A stretch of DNA of 64,000 nucleotides, taken from the NCBI GenBank assembly GCA_964016885.1, contig OZ024741.1, positions 197,408,001-197,472,000 on the forward strand, read 5' to 3'. Position numbers and translations under genes: made by a program. Position 1 is the stretch's first letter, and the number at the start of each line of letters is the position of its first letter. The notes under the pieces were generated by a model. That model saw only the letters and a list, made by a program, of their open reading frames with translations. It was not told the origin of the DNA and did no database searches. The DNA comes from Eledone cirrhosa. Its lineage: Eukaryota. Positions 49,520 to 63,623 of the stretch are shown piece after piece.

Positions 49520-50235
49520 AACATGATGAAACATTAGTTTCCTTGTCTTTCTACCCAGTTCTTTTTGCTCGTTTACGTTCCATTTAAGAATTCCCGTTCT
49601 GTACATATTAATGGGCACAGCTCGGGAATTTACTGCACTTAAGGTATTTCTACTATTCAGCTGTGATTGTAGTTTGTTCCTTACTCTCCTTATGAATTCA
49701 GATCTTATCATCGTTTTATTGACCTTAATGTTATCTGCCTTCAGAACACCCAAATACCTATATCCCTCTTTGGTATCGATCTCCTTTATCATCTTACCCG
49801 TTAGTACCTCGATTCCTTTACTTCTCTTCAATTTAGATTTCCTCATCCCTAGACACTTATAACACCAAATTCTATACATATATCATTGCTGAAAATACGG
49901 ATAATGTCAACAAATACATTCAACCCCTTCTCGCTCCTCCCGAGGAGTTTTTGGTCGTCCACGAAGAAGAGGCGATTGATGGTAAACTCTCTTCTCAGAT
50001 CGAATTCTGCCTTCACTTTTCACAATACGTGGGACAGGGATATGAGGGCAAGGACAAACAATAAAGGGGATTTTCACTCCTCCCAAAGATTCTGCCTCTG
50101 ATTTCCATGCTATTATTTAATAGCAGTCTGATGTTATCCGCCACCTTGAAGATTTCCAGACACTTGGTTATCCAAGAATGAGGAACTACGTCGAATGCCT
50201 TCTTGTAGTCTATCCATCCTATGGCAAGACCAGAA
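49520..50235 (-). pseudogene. decayed Dong RT fragment
   Basis: KEGYRYLGVLKADNIK...EFIRRVR...QLNSRNTLSAVNSRAV matches the 1016-aa ORF. Confidence 0.85.
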
Positions 50236-50239
50236 TGCC

Positions 50240-50790
50240 TCCTCTACCCATTTCATAGCGCTCCTTGCTACAGCCACACATCTCTCACCACTGACCTCGA
50301 TATGCAGCGTCAGATTTCATGACTTTAGATGGCAACAGGACACCTTACCTGTTAGAAATAGTGGCCTTGGTCTCCGATCGCTGGTCTCGCTGGCTTTGCC
50401 GGCGTCTCATTCGAACCTGCTGCGAGACTTGGAATCTGCCCAGTAGATGTCCCTCCTCATTTTCCCCCTGTAGACATCAAATCCCACCAGATCATATAGG
50501 ATGCCATCCAGTGCGATAAGGCCTCGGCTTGCACTCCAGCTCGACCAGCTCCGGCTCGCATGTTTTCGCTCGGCCTTGCAATCCCACAGCAGTGCCTGGC
50601 TTATTGCCTTATCCATCTCTTCGATTGGCACGCAGCTGGATAACGATAGCCTGCGAATCGGGGTTTCCCTGAGGCTCGGCCCCCGGATCTGCAAGTCACA
50701 CAAATGTCACTGCAGATCCACTGCAGATTCATTTCGGCCTCATCCCGTTGTCCTATTGCTACAGTGCCGGCCGCCTTCCACGCCATGCTG
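50240..50790 (+). pseudogene. CRE-clade non-LTR retrotransposon relic
   Basis: WQQDTLPVRNSGLGLRS..LALPA and HSSAWLIALSISSIGTQLDNDSLRIGVSLRLG..ICKSHKCHC resemble the CRE post-RT/zinc region. Confidence 0.65.
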
Positions 50791-50859
50791 ATCCCCCCCG
50801 TTCTCCCTAAAAAAACAAGGTGAAACAAACAAACAAGAATATACAGAGACATCCTTGTG

Positions 50860-51870
50860 GAGAAGGCAACAACTAGAGGTCGCCAAGGAAGCAGGGTCAC
50901 ATGCTCAACGACTTCAGGTCACCGAACATAGTTGTAGTGGCCATCAGTGAGACCAGAATATCTGGAGCACGAGACCTATTTTCAACGGCTACGATGTGTA
51001 TGCGCTCTCCAAGCCATCAAGGATCTGGAAGCGGAGTAGCTGTGTCATTTCAGAGAAGTTTGGATATCGCGATACGGGCCATTTTCCTGGACCCAGAAGG
51101 TAATTTGGTGGTGCTGGACGAGAGCAGCAGCGAAGGGCACGCTTTCAGGCTAATGCCAGTCTATGCCTCGACAGATGCAGGGCGGCCTGATTTTTCCCGG
51201 CGCCTGGAAACCTTCATAGGGACATCACGATCTTTAATGTTAGTGAGCGATTGGAACGGGATCTTGGATGCACGCTAGAACTGTGTGGGACTAGCGGATA
51301 GGGGAAGAGGGTGTAAAAATCTCGCAAACCTGCTCAGACACTTTCAACTGTCTGACAGGTACCGACTGGATTTCCCTAATGTATCAATGTGGTCATGGAC
51401 AAACGACATCGGGTCATCCAGATCGTATCTAGATAAGATATCTTGTAGAGAAATAGATAGTTCTAGCAAAGGTTGTCCACATTCAAACTTGTCGACTACA
51501 CCCACTACAAATTTGTGATATGAGTAGTTGATCTAGATAGGCTCCATAAACAGGGACCCAGCTACTGGAAACTGAACACGTCACTACCGGCGAGTAAATC
51601 CTACTCAGACCGGATTAATGAATTAGTTAAGCGGGCGTTGGCGAGGGCAGTCGTCAACAACAAATGGTGGTCCGCCCTGAAAAAAAGGCGATTAGAATAG
51701 AATCCATCAGATTCAGTAAGGCTACAGTGATAAAGAAAAAGAGAGCAGAGGGAGGACTAGTTAGAAAGTTAGACGAGGCGCTTGGTAAAGGCATCACAAC
51801 CGACGTGTTTGCTGCGAGATTGGCCATCGAACAATTTTTCAATTCTAAGCACGACGGTTGGGTTGTCCAG
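50860..51870 (+). pseudogene. Tx1-type APE endonuclease fragment
   Basis: VVAISETRIS, VYAST, LVSDWNGILD, SSRSYLDKI, IRIESIRFSK. Confidence 0.85.
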
Positions 51871-53719
51871 TAACACGCTGGGGCCAATTTGATTGACTTT
51901 CCCCTCCCCCAAAGTTGCTGGCCTTGTGTCTAAATCAGAAAAAATATCGGATTGATTTCCAAATTGAGTGTCGTTTTTGTGTTGAGTTCGTTGGATCTGT
52001 TACATAAAGAGGCGAGGAAATCTTTCTTGAGTTTCTTCCCTCGTTTGAGCAGGGGTGTAAAAGACTTTACACTTTGACTGAGGGCAAAATCAAATATTTT
52101 TTTCAATTTTCAAACCATGGCGTTTCCTGAAATGATGGCAAAGAGAGGCCCTTACAAAGGTGGAATAAGGTACAACCCCACTAAACACTTAGCGGGATGA
52201 TAGCCGCACAGGCTGATAGACATGTACAGAAAAATTATTCGCCCCCTAACACACACGCAACATTTAAAAAAAGGCTCTGCCAACGTAGCCAGCCATAAAG
52301 AATCACTAAACATAATTTGTTACGAGGATCAGTGTTTTCCTACCATTGAAATACATTGAGAAACTGACAAGAAGAGTAACATACCACAGAAATATTTTCG
52401 TGTAATGTATACCTACAATTAATTGAATTAATTTGACCTTGTCTTGTCAAAAAAGATGAGGCTTCCATGTGCTCTCAAAGCCGTAGTTTCAAGAAGCTCT
52501 GGTCAATATCTGAAACGAAGTGGTTTCCATGGATCGAGGCATAGCCCATAAGAACGTGTGAAAGCGCTTTAAGTCAGAAAAGGGGGCGAGGTGAGATACA
52601 GAGTTGTTGCAATATATGAGGTGACGAAATAGAAGTGCCATACCTGAAAGACATTGGTTGTGATATTCACACTTAGTTCGTGCCAACTTTGTGGCAGAGT
52701 ATATGACTGGTTAATGGGCGTAGAAGTGACAGTAGATACAATGTGTAGGGAGATTGTATAGACATGCAAATTCTGATTGCTTCCGAAGACTACAAAGCTA
52801 TTCCAGAAATGTACGCCATAGTTGGTGCTGGAAAGGAAAGCAATACAATTCATGATGCGTTACTGAGAGGATATCTGTTGCTTCACGTGTGGCAGTAAAA
52901 ACCATCAGAGTACTTTTTGCCCGTGAAGCTGTGTGAGAGTGGTAAATAGTAGCAGAGGTGACAACAATATCAGAGCTCATAAGAGGCCGTTTCCAGAGCT
53001 TCACTGACTGATAGCAGCTCGGAAGTTAGTCGAAAGGTACATTTATCAAAAATTCGAGGAAACCCGTAATTTTATGTCGACAATAATATATCATGTATAA
53101 GGTTTGTGGAACGTCAAATAACTTTGACATTTCGGTATCTTGCTTTTCAAGTGGATGTCAACCGGAAGTGACAAGAGTGATCTAAAACTGGAGTCTAATG
53201 TCTGTATAAAGGAAGACAGTAATGAATATTCTGGTTCCTTAAGGCAATCAAACGTAGTTGAGATCCCCAGCGCAATTCTTTGCATGTATTCATGTAAGGA
53301 ATATACGATTTGGCAAACAATTGTAATTATATTTCAAATGGTGGTTTCGAAGGATGTTTATAATGAAAGTAATTACGAGTCGGAAATACTGAAGAAGAAA
53401 AGGCATAAAAGATGATTGTATGGTGTGGTCCTGATATGGAATTGAATAAGGAAGCTATCAGTAAGTGTCAGTGTCTATCAATTAAATTGTATTAAAGGTC
53501 GATATATTATGACCGATAATCTTGCACGCAGTCTTACGTGCAAATCTTATTCTGTTACTGAGGAGAAGTGGGACATTTCCAGAGAACTGATTTTAAATAT
53601 AGTGTGTTTGGAATATGTATGGATCCGTAACTACTGATTGAGGGCGTAGAGCATCGTAGTGACATACGGCAAGACTTGAGCATCGTTCAACGTTTAAACA
53701 CAGCCAATTTCTTCCAGAG

Positions 53720-54022
<303 letters not shown>

Positions 54023-56302
54023 CCTAATTGACTCCCAGTAATGGATGGCTATATTTTTTTATCGACTTGTAAAGAATGAAAGTGAGAGCTGAAACTAATA
54101 CCACAAAACGCTCTAGCCGACATTCTAACGATTGGTACTTATTTTATCGCACTTAGAAATGAAAAGTAAAGCTGGTTTTGTCCATATTTGTGAAATAAAA
54201 CCGCAATTAAAAACTGTAAGATATTTAAGAGGAAAGTTATTCAGGAAATAGAATATTCTGAAACTCTGAGCATCCCTGCTTCGGGTAAATATATCTTCAT
54301 AAAATTTGTCTGGAAGTAAACAGGAAGGCTGACACCTTATTAACGTGATATCTGTCATCATCATTCAGCAGTCATATTCATTGGTGACGATTTTGTTAGA
54401 GAAATTAATATGCATCTTTCTGGTAGGTAAACATTCCATAAGTAAAAGAGTCGGTTAAGTTTAAACACGTGGAAGTATATTTACATTTGCAGTGAATATT
54501 GTTTAGTCAAGTGTTTCCTGCATAATGAATGCAGTCAGGCGTCAGTATCACAGCGAAAAACAAACCGCACAAGGCACCTGTCAATATCGTTAGATGCTTG
54601 CTTCATTGGTCAAACTTTAATCAGCAAAGAATGTCCCTTGCTGATGTTATGTTGCAAAACATTCTGATATTTATTCGCTATTATTCGCTCCTATAACCAT
54701 ATTCCTACTGCCGTTGATGTAGGCTTCACATATAAACTAACAACCTGTTGAAACACATTTTAAACTACTATAAACATTAACACATTCATTACTGTACTTC
54801 TAATGAAATACACTCTGTTTCCATTAATTAACGAACACTTTTAAAGGATTTACTAAAATTATGAATTATTTCATTAATAAGATAGTGACTTAACAAATGG
54901 TTATTATATAAAATTATGTTGAAAGATTTTAATTTAAATAGGAACCTTTTGAAATGGATTATTTTGTTTCATAGACCCACTGCTTGTTTTGAATAGGTTG
55001 GTATCAAAAGGGTTTAAACAATTTGAATACATTCAGGACTAACATATTTCAATATTACCGCTATTACTGTTCCATAAAACTGCTTACAATACCATCTCAC
55101 TACCACCACCACCGCCGCTACCACCACCATCACTGTGAACATCACCAACACCAGTCCCGCAGACACCACCACCATTCCTTTTAGATCATGTGAATATTAA
55201 CAAGAAACCCCCTGTATTGTCATTTGAATTGTCTACACTTCATAAACACAACGTTTTCAGTGATGCACCAACGAAGTCAATCGATTTTAGTGCGTTATTC
55301 AGTGTATTAGTTTTCCTCAACTGAACACAGCTAATGATAGGCGGTATCTTAATTATAACAATATGATTTACACGCTAAAAGACAACTTATTAATTTGTGT
55401 TTTAACAACTATGGCATGTTTTACAAAACGCATTCATTCATATCTTACTCATAAAAAAAACTTTAATTCGCTGATCATCTTCAGCGAACTATTCTATCGG
55501 AAAAAAAAGCTTGGTCTTGATACGTCGCATGCTGCAAACCAATTTTGCTTACTTATCAACCGAAATCTTAGTCAATTGATATATGTAACTTAGTTGTTAA
55601 AGCGGCAACCTGAGTATTATAGGAAGTGAACTGATTCCAATTGAATTGGGCCAGAAAAACAGCCCAAGTATTCTATTTAGTGACAAGTACTGAATTGCTA
55701 TCTTCCAAATGATCAGTATCTTCATGTGTTTAAAACATTCTTGTATTAGGAAAAATCATCGATGTAATCCACTTACTCTAGTTTCATTTCGCGGCTAGTA
55801 ATTTTACCTACATTATTAGTGCCATTTTATTGGTTCTATAAATTTGAAGCTTTGTACATAGTCGAAATAAGTCAATATACTTTGTATAGTATGTTTATGT
55901 AAGCCCGTAACTCAAGATAGAGTTGTAGGGGCTCCGTCGTGAAACTTTAAATCTGGCGGAGCTAATCCCCTTTCCAGGTCTGAACATAGCCAATTTCTTC
56001 CAGAGAAGGAAAGAGGGAGTGACAGAGAATAAGTGAGAAAGAAATACAGAAGAAGAATCGACCTCAGTACAGGATTGGTAGATTTTTTGATCGACCTCAA
56101 AAGGATGAAAGAGAAAGTTTACCACGGCGGCATTTAAACTCGGTGAACAGAAAGCCTGAACAAATGTCGCAAAGACATTCTAACGAGTCTGTCAATTCTA
56201 AAGATATTCTAACGAGTCTGTCAATTCGCTACACATATCCTCATGATAAACACTAGCCAATTTTTCACACCTTTCATTGAGGTTACTACAATCCTCCTCC
56301 CC

Positions 56303-56467
<165 letters not shown>

Positions 56468-56829
56468 TTTACGTTCGTTTTCCATGCTGTTTTAACCGAC
56501 TGATTCACTACCCTACTTTGCCTAGTAAATGCTGTAAGTTAATAGAAGCAATAGAGCATTCGATAATTACAATATTTAATTTCATTCCTCTACATTCTGA
56601 GTTCAAATCGTTTTGATGTAAAAAAAAACAAACAAAAACAAACAAGAAAAGGAACATGAATATGTTTCGATCAATCAAACGACTATTTCCTTTAAATGAA
56701 ACACTTGGCCTCGTGCATAGTCACACGAAATCAATAATGTACGAAGTATGAGAGTATATCAATATTACTAACGGTTAAAAAAACATGGCTATTTCATACC
56801 ATTATATTCCGGCTGTTACCAAATACAAT

Positions 56830-57045
56830 AATTATTTCTAACATTGGCACAAGACCAGCAATTTGTAGGAAGGGGCAGTCGATTATATCGAGCCAGTACT
56901 TAACTGGTACCTTATTTTATTCACCCCGAAAGAATGTAAGGCAAAGTTGACATCGGTGGGATTCGAACTCAGAATGTAGAAAGTTATAGTTAAATCATAC
57001 AAAACATTTTCCCTGACGCTCTACCGATACGGATAATCCACCGTA
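56830..57045 (-). mobile_element. SINE
   Basis: tttctaacattggcacaagaccagcaattt...ggcaaagttgacatcggtgggattcgaactcag...ctctaccgat..ataatccaccg. Confidence 0.8.
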
Positions 57046-57704
57046 TTTACCAAACGATATTGCAGTAAGGGTCCGTATTACGTATAATAATATATACCCT
57101 CCTATCCATTTACTAGTTTCTGTCATAGGACTACGGCCATGCTGTGACAGCAGTACTTATTTCATTCTGGTTCTTATTTCATTGATCTCATTATTGAGTC
57201 TCTAAATTAACGGCCAGAAAATAAGACAAAGTGTTTTTTAAAAATATATCCCTTCTGACACAGCGCATAATGTAATTTGTTGAGTGTCTGTAAATATATC
57301 TACTATTGCAGGAATAGTTGTTAAATCAAACCTAATGAAAGCTTATGATGAGAAGTTAAATTATCGCGATTTCCAGTTTTTAGACATCTTTCTCACTTAA
57401 TACAATTCAATTACATATAAAATGAGATGATTTGACATTGACCGAAATTAATTATAAATTTCATCAAACAGTGTATAATATAATGTTATATGTGCATATA
57501 AAGTTAACACATTTGATCAGGAAACTGTAGATAGGTTGGTTTATTTAGACAATAGATTTGGTTTATTTGGATGAAGTATAGGGACGGTTTTTGTAGAAGT
57601 GGTTTTTACTCGAAATATGAAAGGAGCATATTTTACCGACTTCAAGAAACACACCCTGATGAGTGGGTTTCATACAAACTAGAGGGATGGAAATATTGTA
57701 ATGA

Positions 57705-57905
57705 ATATAAAGCCAGCAAATTTAGAAGGGCAATGTTGATTAAATCAACTCCAGTACTTGACTGATACTTTATTTTATCAACCTCGGAAGGATGAAAGGT
57801 AAATTCGACATTGAAAGGATTGGAATTCAGTATGTAAAAAGCCAGAACAAATATCACAATGATATTTTATCGACGCTCTACCAATTCTGTTAACCTATCA
57901 CCCAC
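57705..57905 (-). mobile_element. diverged SINE
   Basis: agccagcaaattt...ccagtacttgactgatactttattttatc..cctcggaaggatgaaagg. Confidence 0.7.
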
Positions 57906-59517
57906 ATATTGATATATAATATTAGCATAAGTTGAGATATTTTGAGAGATCAATCCAAATGGTCTGTTTCTTGATGTGTTTAAAAAATCCTTTAATTAGG
58001 TAAAATCTTGATATATTGGTTTTACTCTAGTTTCATTTCGTGTCCTTATAGAGTTATTTACACCACTAATATCCTTAAGAAAGACATAAACATCACTTCT
58101 CATTGAATCTGTCCTTGAATAAAAGTACTTATTTTGCCAATCCGTCACTCTTCCTCATCGTTACTCATACGTCTTATGATCCATGGTTCTAAATTTAGAA
58201 ACACTTGCTCTGTCAGTGTAGATCGTAGTGGGGTGGCAGTGGAAACCAACTTCTTTCTATGCTATCAATGTTGTCTGTGTTGGGGGTTTAGATGGAGACA
58301 AAAGTCGATAAAGATTGGAAACAGGAATTGAAGGAGTTGACAAAACGAAGCAAAAATCAATTTAGGGAGACTATATTCTAATTTATAGTCAGTTAAAACT
58401 ATCCCAGAAATTGACAGGAACTCATACATTTCTATGGCCCCTGAAAGGATGTAAGGCAAAGTCGATCGTCAAGATTGAGAGCGCAGAGAGAGTAGAGAAC
58501 CGGAAGAAAAGCTACAAGGCATATAGATCACAGCTAAATATAATTTAATATACTTTAATATTTTAATATGCTAGCCACACACACACTGTTGTTATTATCA
58601 AGGCGATAAACCGCCATTGCTACACACACGCGCACACACACAAATACAAATATCTTTTGTTTTCCAGCAACTACTCCCACACAAACGCACAAATTCTTAC
58701 TACTCTGCCATCACCATCACCATCGCCGTCATTATCGTCATCATGGGACACAGACATGTAAACCAATTCCTTGTAAATTCAATTGTTTGCGAGTCTATTA
58801 CAATAGGAATTCGGAAAGTTGGCACCTCTTAAAATCTGACATTGCTCCGCACGACGTAAGCCATACTCACTGAACCAGAACACACCAATTCTTCTTCTCT
58901 TCGCTCACTTTCTTGGCAAAATTACTATGCCTAATCACGTGACTGTTATCGACAAATAAAACGGCAAATAGCACTTTTGAGCCACTTTTTCTGGCGCAAA
59001 AATTATTGCACCTAATCACGTGACTGTCATTAATCAACCAAATTACATACAAAAAATAGCAATCTGAGCTACTTTTTTTTTGTATAAAACAGAAAGAATT
59101 TTCGAACGCCAACTAGATGAAATACACACCACAACAGAAAAACAAACCCTCCATCTCAATTTTATTTTTGAAAATCATAAGAACTGTGGAACCGGTAAAG
59201 TAAATAAACATTCTTAAAAACTCCAGTTGCATTTTCAATTTCTTTTCCTTATATATATATATAGAGAATATTATTCTAATGACTCTATTTACACCATAAA
59301 CGTGTTTTTGTCTTTGCGTGTAATTGTTCTCATCGCTCCACATTAGCGACGTAATTGTCCTCGTTTTTCCCCCCGTTCATTGCCAGGGAACGTCTGCACG
59401 AACTAAAGTATCGTCTTCCTGTTTTCCTTCGGTTGTAATGTTTTTCGAAATATTTACTTCTGCGTCCACAGATTTCTTTTTAGTTTCAGAAGACCCCGTT
59501 ATGGGTGAAAGCAGTTA

Positions 59518-59641
<124 letters not shown>

Positions 59642-59803
59642 AATACACTTTATTGCACGTTGATCCTTCAGATAGTATCCGAAAGATAGTATTAGCAATT
59701 GGAAAGACCAATGGAAACATTGTTTCCTCGGTCCGATTGGACGAGCTCCACCCCGCTCTTTAAGCGAATGAAGTCTGGGATCTTGTTGATCGACTGTCTA
59801 TAC

Positions 59804-59948
<145 letters not shown>

Positions 59949-59949
59949 A

Positions 59950-60000
<51 letters not shown>

Positions 60001-60121
60001 GGAGGTGAGTTTTATTGTAGTACAATAGAGCAATGCAGATATCGGATAAGAAGCACTCTACAGTTTGTAGGACTGGAGTATACATAATATAAGATCAAAA
60101 GATGGTTAAAGGAGTTCCATG

Positions 60122-60192
60122 TATTTTATTATGCGCATTTCAAAAACAAACATCATCATGCAATAATATTTGTGTTTTCATCAGATAAAACA
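60122..60192 (-). ncRNA. minimal type I hammerhead ribozyme (minus strand)
   Basis: Exact reverse complement of 60311-60381. Confidence 0.85.
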
Positions 60193-60310
60193 GGAGAACA
60201 TGATATGAAGGCTAAAAAACACTTGTGGATAGTGCAGTTTTAAATCAACATATGTTGATTTAAAACTGCACTATCCACAAGTGTTTTTTAGCCTTCATAT
60301 CATGTTCTCC

Positions 60311-60381
60311 TGTTTTATCTGATGAAAACACAAATATTATTGCATGATGATGTTTGTTTTTGAAATGCGCATAATAAAATA
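60311..60381 (+). ncRNA. minimal type I hammerhead ribozyme (plus strand)
   Basis: tgttttat CTGATGA [stem II 60326-60361] GAAA TGCGCA TA ataaaata; predicted cut after 60373. Confidence 0.85.
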
Positions 60382-60416
60382 CATGGAACTCCTTTAACCA
60401 TCTTTTGATTTTATAT

Positions 60417-60450
<34 letters not shown>

Positions 60451-60775
60451 TGCATATATATATATATATAAGAAGCAAAGACAATTTCAGTGATACGAAA
60501 GATTTCCTGGTGGAAGTTCCGGTACACTCCGGGTTGATATCCAGTGTCGGGGTGAAAATCCAATTTGAAAATCCAACGAATTTGAGAGGTCCACGTAAGA
60601 ATGTGTTTAGATAAAAATAACAAGTCCATTCATGTTGTCATCTCTTGGAAAACTGTTGATGCTGGCGTTTTGTGTATGATTTATTTTTTTAGAAACGTGG
60701 ACGATGGAGCACGTCTACCTGATATAGAACAACACCGTTTTATATAAAGAGCTATACTTGTGCGCGTGCGTATGC

Positions 60776-60811
<36 letters not shown>

Positions 60812-61070
60812 ATACGTCCGTACGAAGCTAAGAAGAAATGTGTGTGTGTATATGTAAGTAAAAGTGTGTGTGTGCTTGTAAGTACGAAGCTATGAGCAAA
60901 AGTATGTTAATATAAGGTAGTGTATGTGTGTATACAGAGCTGTGAAGGGAAAAGTGGAGTGTGCATATGTTATCGGACTGTATGAGATGTAATAGAATAT
61001 GTTTCTGATCATAAGAGAGCCATAGGATATAGGGGCGAATGTACAAGCGCGTGTGATAATGGACGGGGTA

Positions 61071-61580
61071 TTAAAGAAATTGGGGAGATGAGTTGAGTCC
61101 ATGAGAGAAACAGGACCCAAGGCCGTAAATCAGGCTTTGTTCAGTCCTGGTGCGCGAGGCATGTGATCCGTGATGAAAAAGGACACCCAGGACTGAGACA
61201 TGTAGGGAAGAGTGACCAGGAGAACAGAAATGACGACGGGCGACAGGAGTACCAAGACCGAGTCGTATGTCCCTCAAATGCTCTGCAAAACGGTCCGACA
61301 TACGGCGTCCCGTTTGCCCGATGTATGAGGACCCGCAAAGGGAGAACCCGAGGGCATAGACAACGTCGGTGGATGTGCAGGTGAAAGAGTGGCGGATACG
61401 GAATGACCCGTTAGAGCCTGTGAGAGTGGTGAGGCTGGAAATGAAAGGACAAGTGTTGCAGCGGGAACGAGAACAAGGATGAGAGCCGGGTGGAGTCGTA
61501 GGAGAAGACGAGAAGAAATTGCGTACCAGGAGGTCGCGGAGGTTACGGGCGCGCTTGAATGCGGTAATGGGTGGGTTTAT
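61071..61580 (-). pseudogene. Penelope-like element GIY-YIG endonuclease fragment
   Basis: Manual translation: C..CPF...SFTCTSTDVVYALGFSLCGSSYIGQTGRRMSDRFAEHLRDIR...PVARRHF..PGHS...R..EQSLI..LG....GLN (VVY..YIG, catalytic R/E/N pattern). Confidence 0.88.
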
Positions 61581-61617
61581 GCTGTACCGATTGTGTTGTT
61601 ATTTCTGTTTACCTTTT

Positions 61618-61618
<1 letters not shown>

Positions 61619-61648
<30 letters not shown>

Positions 61649-61746
61649 CCCACACACACGCACACACCCACACATACGCACACACCCACACACACACAAC
61701 GCACACACACACACACACAACGCGCGCACACACGCACACACACACA

Positions 61747-61802
<56 letters not shown>

Positions 61803-61818
61803 CTATATATCTATATAT
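61619..61818. repeat. degenerate (CA)n/(TA)n microsatellite
   Basis: Directly visible. Confidence 0.9.
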
Positions 61819-62537
61819 AAGAAAATTCTTTACATATTCACCACCTAGACACCGAATAGCGTTGGAGGCCTTCAATATATTTTGTTTTTTTATCTAGAAT
61901 TTTCCATGTCACGTTGTAGGATTTATTCTTCACTGAAATCAAATTAAATTGCACAATTTGTTCTAAAGATAAAACCACTATTTCTAACATTGGTCAATAC
62001 AGTTGCAGACCTGTCAACTCTCCCCGTTGGACGAGGAGGTCTCCCATCCACATTGGAGTGGGTGAGAGATGTCTTCTCTTGTGAAAATGGGTATAGCTTT
62101 CATTATGTAAAATCTCCCCATTTTGCCTAACTTCTCGTTTTGGGGCACTTCTTTCGTCTGGGTTTTTAGAGGTTGGCAGGTCTGCAGTTGTTTTCCCTTC
62201 ATAGCATTAAAGTATGGTTAAGTGATATAGGAATAGAAATATCTGAAGCTAAGAGTGTAAGAATCGGATTTAAATAGTTTAATAGATGCAGTAAAAAATA
62301 GACTTTATGTAAACTTTGTTCTACCATTGTTATGCAGAAAATAAGGATATAAGCTATACGTAACGGAGATGGATATAAGTTAAGTCATATGTACGTAGAC
62401 AAAAGAAAAACGGTCTCTGATGGGCAGTAAACAGGAAAAATATTCGCTGGAATGATCAAATAAAAAAAGATAACGTTAGGTTGGTATCTTAGCAGCGGTT
62501 AACCAATACAGATGATTATTTGAAATGAATATAGAGT

Positions 62538-62585
<48 letters not shown>

Positions 62586-63457
62586 AGAACAAAGAAAGGC
62601 TGTTTAGATTTTAAATTAGTAGTTAATTAAAACTCCACACATTATCCGGATAGCATGTACCAACTGGGAAATAAAAAAGATAAAAACTAGCGTGAGAAAC
62701 TAAGAATATTCGAACAGCTAATATTTTAGATGCATGCAACATAAAAACGGTATATGTGAAGTCAGGTGGTGAAATAACGTGTGATGGAAAACAAAAGTGC
62801 AAAATAATTGAATGAACATCATAAGAATGAGTATATAAATAAATGCAGTTGCCAGTTGAATAAATAGTTAGAGAACACATTCATAGACACGAAAAACAAT
62901 TGGTAGAGTGAGTACTAGCATAATTTACAATTGTACTGAAAGTGAGAATATCGTAATGATTAATTCTGGTCAAGAAAGACAAAGGAGACAAACGCCGGAG
63001 TTTAAAATGATTTAAATTAGAGTACAGTGGGAAGTGAGCCTGATTTTTGGCATTACGATGCCAAGTCTGGACATATTTCGGGCCTTATAGAACTCACCAA
63101 CGAAATATCGTTTAACTGCCTACAGACCATAGATGACTAACCAAGTATATATGAATTTAGTGGTGATGTGACTTTAAAAGGTGATCTTGAGAAAATATCT
63201 AGAGATGTCTGCTGCATAAAAAGCAAATTATAAAGTAGTTGTTATTGTGTTCACCTAAATCTTTCATTTAAGTTAGAACACCACTCGGTATTTATTCACA
63301 GAAACTCTACATGCTGTAACGGTTAGACGGTGTTTCATATTGAGGTCTAATAAGACCGAAACATACTTGGAATTGTTCCCGTACTGTTAAATGTCTAATC
63401 CAGTTCCTACTGTAATCTAGTTTTAATTAATCTTAATTAGAATTCATAGAATAATGA

Positions 63458-63623
63458 TTTCTAGAATAGGCACAAGGCCAGTTATTGGGGGGGGGGGGTC
63501 GGTTAAATATACCCCAGTACGTTACTGGTGCTTTATTGAATTATTGAACTCACACCGTATAGAACGGTAACTATGCTGCAAAGCACAGTGTCCGGCTCTA
63601 CCGATACAGCCAATCCACCGCCC
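63458..63623 (-). mobile_element. internally deleted SINE with 20-bp TSD
   Basis: tagaattcatagaataatga at 63438-63457 and 63624-63643. Confidence 0.85.

Larger units (their letters stand above)
59996..60419. mobile_element. 88-bp tail + 336-bp near-perfect palindrome with hammerheads on both strands, in (TA)n
   Basis: Palindrome 60084-60419 centred at 60251/60252 with no spacer; one mismatch seen near the outer end. Confidence 0.92.

Noticed and set aside
52400-53030. Possible mariner/Tc1 or host exon remnant (HLAPFSDL)
   Set aside because: Only a short weak motif, with no TIRs or sustained ORF
54780-55020. Possible TTAA-type (piggyBac-like) MITE end ggtatcaaaagggtttaa
   Set aside because: No matching opposite terminus found in the window
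57651-57690. CTGATGA gtg..tac AAA CTAG A ggg, hammerhead-like
   Set aside because: Lacks the G of GAAA and the U of the cleavage triplet, stems are weak and there is no TA context; may be a decayed relic but is unsupported
58910-59080. Two degenerate repeats of about 80 bp with cctaatcacgtgactgt (E-box)
   Set aside because: Probably subterminal repeats of an old transposon; no evidence of regulatory function
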